DNA of 36,493 nt, taken from the NCBI GenBank assembly GCA_000388065.2, contig KB932203.1; one strand, written 5' to 3'. Positions 30,803-36,493 of the stretch are shown one piece after another. The translations under genes were made by a program, and so were the position numbers. The notes under the pieces are model-generated. The model did not search any database and was not told the DNA's origin. It was given only the letters and a program-made list of their open reading frames with translations. Source of the DNA: Fonticula alba ATCC 38817 (taxonomy: Eukaryota; Protista; Nucleariida). Every line of letters starts with the position of its first letter. Position 1 is the first letter of the stretch.

Positions 30803-33800
30803 TTAATCGGCCGCGGCAACCTCCTGTGACTGGGCCAGGAAGTCCGCCAGCTCGCGCAGGACATTGCCCATGTAGTGGCGGCACACGCGGCCCAGCAGCA
30901 GGAGGGGATTCCGGTCGGCGGCCGGCGGGCTGTCAGCCCCATCGGCCGGCGCCGGGGCAAGCCCCGCGTCTAGCGGCAGCAGGCCCAGCATGTCCCGGAG
31001 CCCGGCCACCTGGGTGGCCAGGGCGTCAAAGCGCGCCTGCGACGGGACCGGTGTCGACGGGGCGGCAGGCCCGCCATCCCCGGTCGAGGGCTTGTCCTCG
31101 GCCGGGAGGGCCGGGAAAATCAGCACCGGACCGAAGAGGTCGGCCGCGGCCAGGCGCAGGCGCACATACGCCAGGTACACCATGGCCAGGAGTAGCACCC
31201 CCCCGGAGAGGGGATCCCCCCCGGCCGGAAGCAGGGCCGTCACCAGCCCCGAAGACAGCGGCACCCCGAGGAGGCCACCACCGGCGGCGGGAAGCGCCAC
31301 AGGGTCGTCGTGGCTGGCCCCCCCGGGGGCGGCGCTCTTGGCGGCCTTCTTCACCGCCCGGCCAAGCGCCGGCGGCAGGGTGACCGCCGCGCCGGCCGCC
31401 TCGAGGAACGCCCGGGCCAGGCGCAGTCGCGGCCGATCATCAGCCAGGATGGCCTCCGGCAGGAGCCCGGCCACGGCCCGAGCCAAAGCGGCCCCGGGCC
31501 GACCAGCCAGCAGCAGGAAATGCCCTGCCAGGGTGGCCCCCGCCAGCGGACCCAGCGGAGTGCCGGCCAAGTGCCCGACCGGGCCCGGGACCGCCAGATT
31601 CGCCTCGGCCAGGGCGGCATACACCCAAGTCCGAGGAAGCCCCAGGGTGGCCAAGTCGCCGGAGATGAAGTCCAGCGCTTGGTGCTGGGGGTGGCGCGGG
31701 TGCGCGGCCGTGGGGCCGGCCGCGGCAAAGAGCGCCGCCCCGGCCACATCCCCCGGGGCAGTCCACACGCCTGGGGCCACGCCCCGACGAAGGACCCCCT
31801 GCACCTCGGCCGCGCGGTCGTGCGACGCCGGCAGCAGGTGCGGCAGGCAGGCCCACTCCAACAGGCCCAGGGCCTCCAACTCCGAGCCGAAAGCCAGCGC
31901 CAGGGTTCCCGACACGGGCAGGCGAGCCAGGATGTCGGCGGCCGTGGGCCCCGCCCCGGGCATGGCCACCCCGGCGAGGCAGCGCCCAAGGCGCTCGGCC
32001 ATCAGGCCCCGGTCCAGGCGGTGCAGGGCACTCTCCTCGTGCGGCTCCGCCCCCTGGCCCGGGGGCGACCCGGACGCCAGCATCGGCAGCAGGTGCCCGA
32101 GGGCCCAGCCAATGCGCGCGGTGGCCGGGGCCGCCGAGCCGGCCAAACACCGAACCAGAGCCCCAGCCCGGCCGCTGTACACCCCGACCAGGTGGTACAG
32201 GATGTCCGGCTCGGCGCCGGGGACCAGCCGGTGCTGGCCGGCTGCCAGCAGGCCGTCAAACAGATCGAGCGCACATTCGATGGCTCGCCCGGCCATCATG
32301 GCCTCCTCGTCCACGCCGAAGCGCAGGCACAGGAAGAAGCACAACTCCCACGGGAGCCCGGCCAGGGCATCGGCATCCAGCCGCCCGGCGGCCACCTTCA
32401 ACAGCCGCACGGCGAAGGGATTGCCCGCCTTGGCGGCCAGCGCTCCTGGAGTGGCGGCCACCTCGGCCAGCGCCCGGTCCAGCCCGACACGAAAGTCCGG
32501 CCCGGCTGCCGCCTGCGCCAGGAAGGCCGCCAGCCGGAAGTGCCCGGCCGCGGCGACCGCCTCCACCGCCGGGGCCAAATCCGTCGGGTGCAGGAAGAGC
32601 AGCAAGAAAGCCCGCTCATCGGCGCCCAGCCCGGGCTGCGCCAGACGCCCAGCCAGGTACCCGGCTGCCAGCCGAGCCAGCAAGCCCAACAGGGCTTCAC
32701 GGCGCCAGGCGCCGAGAACCGCCGCCCGGATTGCCAGGGCCCCGGCCGGCCGATCAAACAGACAGCTGGCCAGGTCCCACAGGAACACCTCACGACCGAG
32801 GGCAAAGTCGGCCGCAGGCCCGGGGCCAGCCGCCGCCGCCACCGGGCCGGAGATCGACAGGAAGCACGGCGTACGGGTGGCAGGATGGCCGTCGGGGGGG
32901 GCGGCATGGCCGTCGGGGGGGGCCAGGCGATGCTCGGCCACCAGCCGGTCGCGGTAGGCCGCCAGCGGGTGCGCCCGAAGGCAAACACCCGGCAATCCGG
33001 CGGCCGCCACCGCCACGGAGCCACCCTCGCCGGGGCCGACGCTGCCAGCGCCAGCCGGAAGCACCTCCATGTGGGACACCATCAGGCCGAGAAAGGCCCG
33101 GGTCCACTGGCGACGTTGTTGCTGCTGCGCGGCCGGCCGCCGGTGCGGCCCGGCCCGAGCCAGGGCAAAGGTGGGGGATCCCGGCACGCGGCCACCGCCG
33201 ACAGCGGCAGTCACAGCACCGGGGAGCGCCGTAAAATACGTGCCATCTGGAGTCCAGCCGACGCGGAAGGATCCGGCACGATCAAAATGGTGCTGATCGG
33301 CGGGGACGGCGGCCGGAGCAGCGGCCGACACCACCAGGGGCTTCGGGCCGGCCGGCTTGTCGTCCGGCTGCGGCAGGGCGTCGTCGCTCTCCTCCTCATC
33401 CGGCAGGCCGTACCAGGAGAAGTGCGCCACCCGGAAGGACCAGGTCCCGGTGTCCGGGGCGTACGACAGGAACTCCGAGTCGGAGCTGGCGTTGCGCTTG
33501 CGCAGGCTGTCCTCCCACTCGGTGACCCAGTCGCCCTCGCGCACTGACGGCCAGCACCGGTGGAGCACCACCACAGCCGGCTGGTTCAGGCCGACCCCCT
33601 GCGGCGGGGCCGTCTCATCGTCCAGGTACACGACCACATTCCGGTGGGAGATCTTCACCACCTCGGCGAAGTCCCGCACCCCGGTCAGATCCACCGGCCG
33701 GGAGAAGGACACCGAGCCGTACCCATCGCGGCGGATGGAGAGGTTGACGGACTTGAGCTGTGCGGGGGGGGGGGGGCGGGGGAGAGAAGAGAAGAAGGAA

Positions 33801-36425
33801 AGGAAAAAGGGGAGAAGAGGGGAGGGGGGAAGAAGGGGGCGAGGGAGCCATGGACAGGGCCCCAGCCATCGGAACAGGGAGGGAAAGCAGCCGGCAGGTG
33901 TAAATGCGCACCTCCTCCGGGGACAGCGTCCGCAGTGTGGCGAGAGGCGGTGTGAAGGAGTAGTCCGACTTGGACATGGTGAGGCCATTGTCGACGACGG
34001 GCGTGGCAGTGGCCGCCTTGTCGGCCTTGTCGGCGACGACGGTTGCCTTGGCGGCAGAGGCGGCAGGCTTGTCCGCGGGGGCAGCAGGCTTGTCGGCCCC
34101 CTTGACAGCACTGTCAGCCTTGGGGGGCGCCGTCGCCGAGGCCGCCGGGGCCGCCGGGGCGGCCGGCGTGGTGGCGGCACCGCGCACCGGGGCGGCCGGG
34201 GCCAGGGGCGCCTCGTCCAGCAGATCGGGCGGCTCCAGCACCGAGCTGATCTGCAGGCGCTTGACATTGCAGCCAGCCAGGCCGCCCGGCGCGAAGGACC
34301 CGACCGTGGCAGCCGACGGCCCGGCCGCCGGGGCGAAGTTATCCTCGGTCACACGCGTGGCGGCCGACGAGGGCTCCAACATGCGCAGGCTCACCTGGCG
34401 CTGCGGCTGGGCAAAGTTGATCTTCATGGCGACGCTGGTGGTGTCGCGCGAGCCGGACACCGAGGAAGCGCCCCCGGTGGCCGACACGGCCTTCGCCGCC
34501 TTCGGCTTGTAGTCCACCACCTCGTCATCAGCCTTGCGCAGGGGCTTCACCAGGCTCGAGAGGACGCTCGAGCCGAAGGGGTTGTCAATGCGCAGATTGA
34601 GATCCGGCATGGGCAGAGCAGCGGTGGCCATCGTGGCCGGAGCCGCCCCGGCCGCGGTGAGCGGCTGCGTCGAGGGCATCGAGCCGAAGCTCCCCAGCCC
34701 GGCACCGGTACCGGCGGTCGAGGCGCCGAACCCGCCAAAGAACCCGGTGCCGGTGGTGGTCCCGGCGGCCGGGGTGCTGCCAAACCCGCCGAACCCGGTG
34801 GTGCTGGCGGCGCCGGTGGTCCCGGCGGCCGGCGCCGCGCCGAACCCGCTCCCGGACCCGAACCCGCCGAACCCGCCGGTGGTGGTGGTGGTGGTGGTGG
34901 CCCCGGCGGCCGGCGTGGTGCCAAACCCGCCGAACCCGGTGGTCCCGGTGGCGGCCGGCTGGCCGAAGCCCCCGGTGGTGGCCGGCTTGGCCGCGGCACC
35001 GAATCCACCGGTGGTCGACCCGAAGCCGCCGGTCGAGGCACCGAAGCCGCCGGTGGTCGAGGCGCCGAAGCCGCCGGTGGTCGAGGTGCCGAAGCCGCCG
35101 GTGGTCGAGGCGCCAAAGCCGCCGGTAGTGGCGGCCGGCTGACCGAAGCCGCCGGTGGTGGCCGGCTTGGCCCCGGCACCGAATGCCCCGGTGGTCGAGC
35201 CGAACCCGCCGGTGGTCGAGCCAAATCCGCCGGTGGTGTTGGTCTGGCCAAAGCCCCCGGTGGAGGCGCCGAAGCCGCCGGTCGAGGCGGCCGGCTGGCC
35301 GAAGCCCCCGGTGGCGGCTGGCTGGCCGAAGCCACCCGTGGCAGCCGGCTGGCCGAAGCCCCCGGTGGCAGCCGGCTGACCAAAGCCCCCGGCAGAGGCG
35401 CCGAAGCCGCCGGTCGAGGCGGCCGGCTGACCGAAGCCCCCGGTGGCGGCTGGCTGGCCGAAGCCGCCCGTGGCAGCCGGCTGGCCGAAGGCCCCCGTAG
35501 TGCCAGCCTGCCCGAAGGCACCGGCACCGAAGCCCGTGGCGCCAGCCACAGCGCCACCCGCGCCGGAAGGCCGCCGGCCCATGGCATAATCCTCCAGGCG
35601 GATCTCATTGACCGACTTGTTGGCGTACAGGTGCGAGGCGGTGATGGTCATCAACAGGACCGGCGTGGCCGACTCGTTGGTGGAGATCGGCCGGAAGGGG
35701 GTGTGCGTGCCCTTGGCGTCGGCCGGGGGGGTCGAGGCTAAGCGGACGGAGGAGAGAGCAGGGACGGGACCACAAGTCAGAGGACAGGGTGAGGCGAGCC
35801 GGGCCGGGAGCGTCGACGAGGCCGAGGCAGCAGAGAAGAGAACGAGGAGGAGGAGGAGGAGGAGCGGGACAATGGCTGCGTGGATGCGCGCGCGCGCGCG
35901 CGCGCACGGCTGTGCCCGCATTTGCCCACTACGTACCGCCAAAGGTGTTGCCGGCCTGGAAGGCATTGGTGCCGGTCTGGCCGAAGCCGCCCTGGGTCTG
36001 CTGCTGCTGGCCCGCGTTGAAGGAGCCTACAAGAAGGAGTGAAGAAGAGCGTGTCAGAAAGGGAAAGGGGCGAGACACATGATGTGTGCAGGGACACACA
36101 CACACACACACACGAAGGCATTGGGGACCGACGGGGCGTGGTGGACAAGGCAGATGGGAAGATTCGGCCGACGGAAGTGCACGTACCAAAGCCACCAGCA
36201 CCGAAGCCACCGGTCGAGGCGGGCTGCTGGGCACCAAAACCGCCGGCGCCGGTGGTGGAGCCGAAGCCGGAGACAGGCGCGCGCGCGGCGGTGTTGGCGC
36301 CGAAGCCCCCGAAGCCGCCGGTGTTGGACTGCGCACCGAAGCCGCCGGCGCTGGGCTGAGCGCCGAAGCCGGTCGAGCCGGTCGCAGTGGCACCAAAGCC
36401 ACCGGCCCCGAAGCCTCCGCCCAGA

Positions 36426-36464
<39 letters not shown>

Positions 36465-36493
36465 TGCTGCTGAGCCCCAAAGCCGCCGGCCCC
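30803..36493 (-). CDS. NUP98: Nuclear pore Nup98-Nup96 precursor (Nup145/Nup189-like); 5' end lies beyond the window, 1725 aa visible
   Basis: Exons >36493-36187, 36026-35937, 35737-33912 and 33757-30803 (TAA), with phases 1, 1 and 0 consistent. FG repeats, a GLEBS motif (KGT..F.P...Y.NKS..EIR.EDY..GR), an autoproteolytic domain (GYGSVSF...VVVY.D...G.GLN.PA.V.L..CWP...GTW.F.V.HFS) and Nup96-like motifs (GHFRLAAFLAQA, LPWELCFFLCLRFG, LGLLEWAC). Confidence 0.95.
33407..33424 (-). other. Nup98/Nup96 autoproteolytic cleavage site HF|SWYG
   Basis: Translation VAHFSWYGLPDEEE at the end of the peptidase S59 domain. Cleavage at HF|S is established for this family. Confidence 0.9.
35140..35560 (-). 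repeat. Coding minisatellite of 27-nt and related units encoding GGFGQPAA(S)T FG repeats
   Basis: Recurrent ggcttcggccagcc(a/g)gc...acc units. Boundaries are approximate. Confidence 0.85.

Noticed and set aside
1-36493. Mobile elements, CRISPR arrays and rRNA
   Set aside because: No transposase, RT or integrase motifs, no repeat-spacer arrays and no rRNA-like sequence were seen.

Overview
This is eukaryotic, GC-rich, intron-containing genomic DNA. It has six N gaps, long poly-C/G runs and (CT)n/(CA)n microsatellites. The style resembles a holomycotan amoeba such as Fonticula, which is an inference and not verified. I reconstructed seven spliced protein genes by hand, and every splice junction keeps the reading frame. 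(1) A 1156-aa single-pass receptor kinase of the TKL type: unknown N-domain, EGF-like, 3x HRM/Sushi-like, 2x FN3, TM, kinase. (2) A 181-aa secreted Cys-rich protein whose second exon is a CS-alpha-beta (defensin/scorpion-toxin-like) module. (3) RAD51B. (4) A casein kinase 1 with a long low-complexity tail. (5) A YPR011C/ADNT1-like mitochondrial carrier. (6) A PAM18/Tim14-like J-protein with a polyQ insertion. (7) The 3' part of NUP98-NUP96. There is also one tRNA-Asn(GTT). The most notable observations are a near-invariant non-canonical 5' splice-site consensus (GTRCG, with +4 C in 26 of 27 donors), the defensin-like secreted protein, the HRM-repeat receptor kinase with an Eph-like layout, and an unidentified ~310-nt structured-RNA candidate at 27292-27599. 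Most ORFs in the supplied track are spurious GC-rich or antisense frames.
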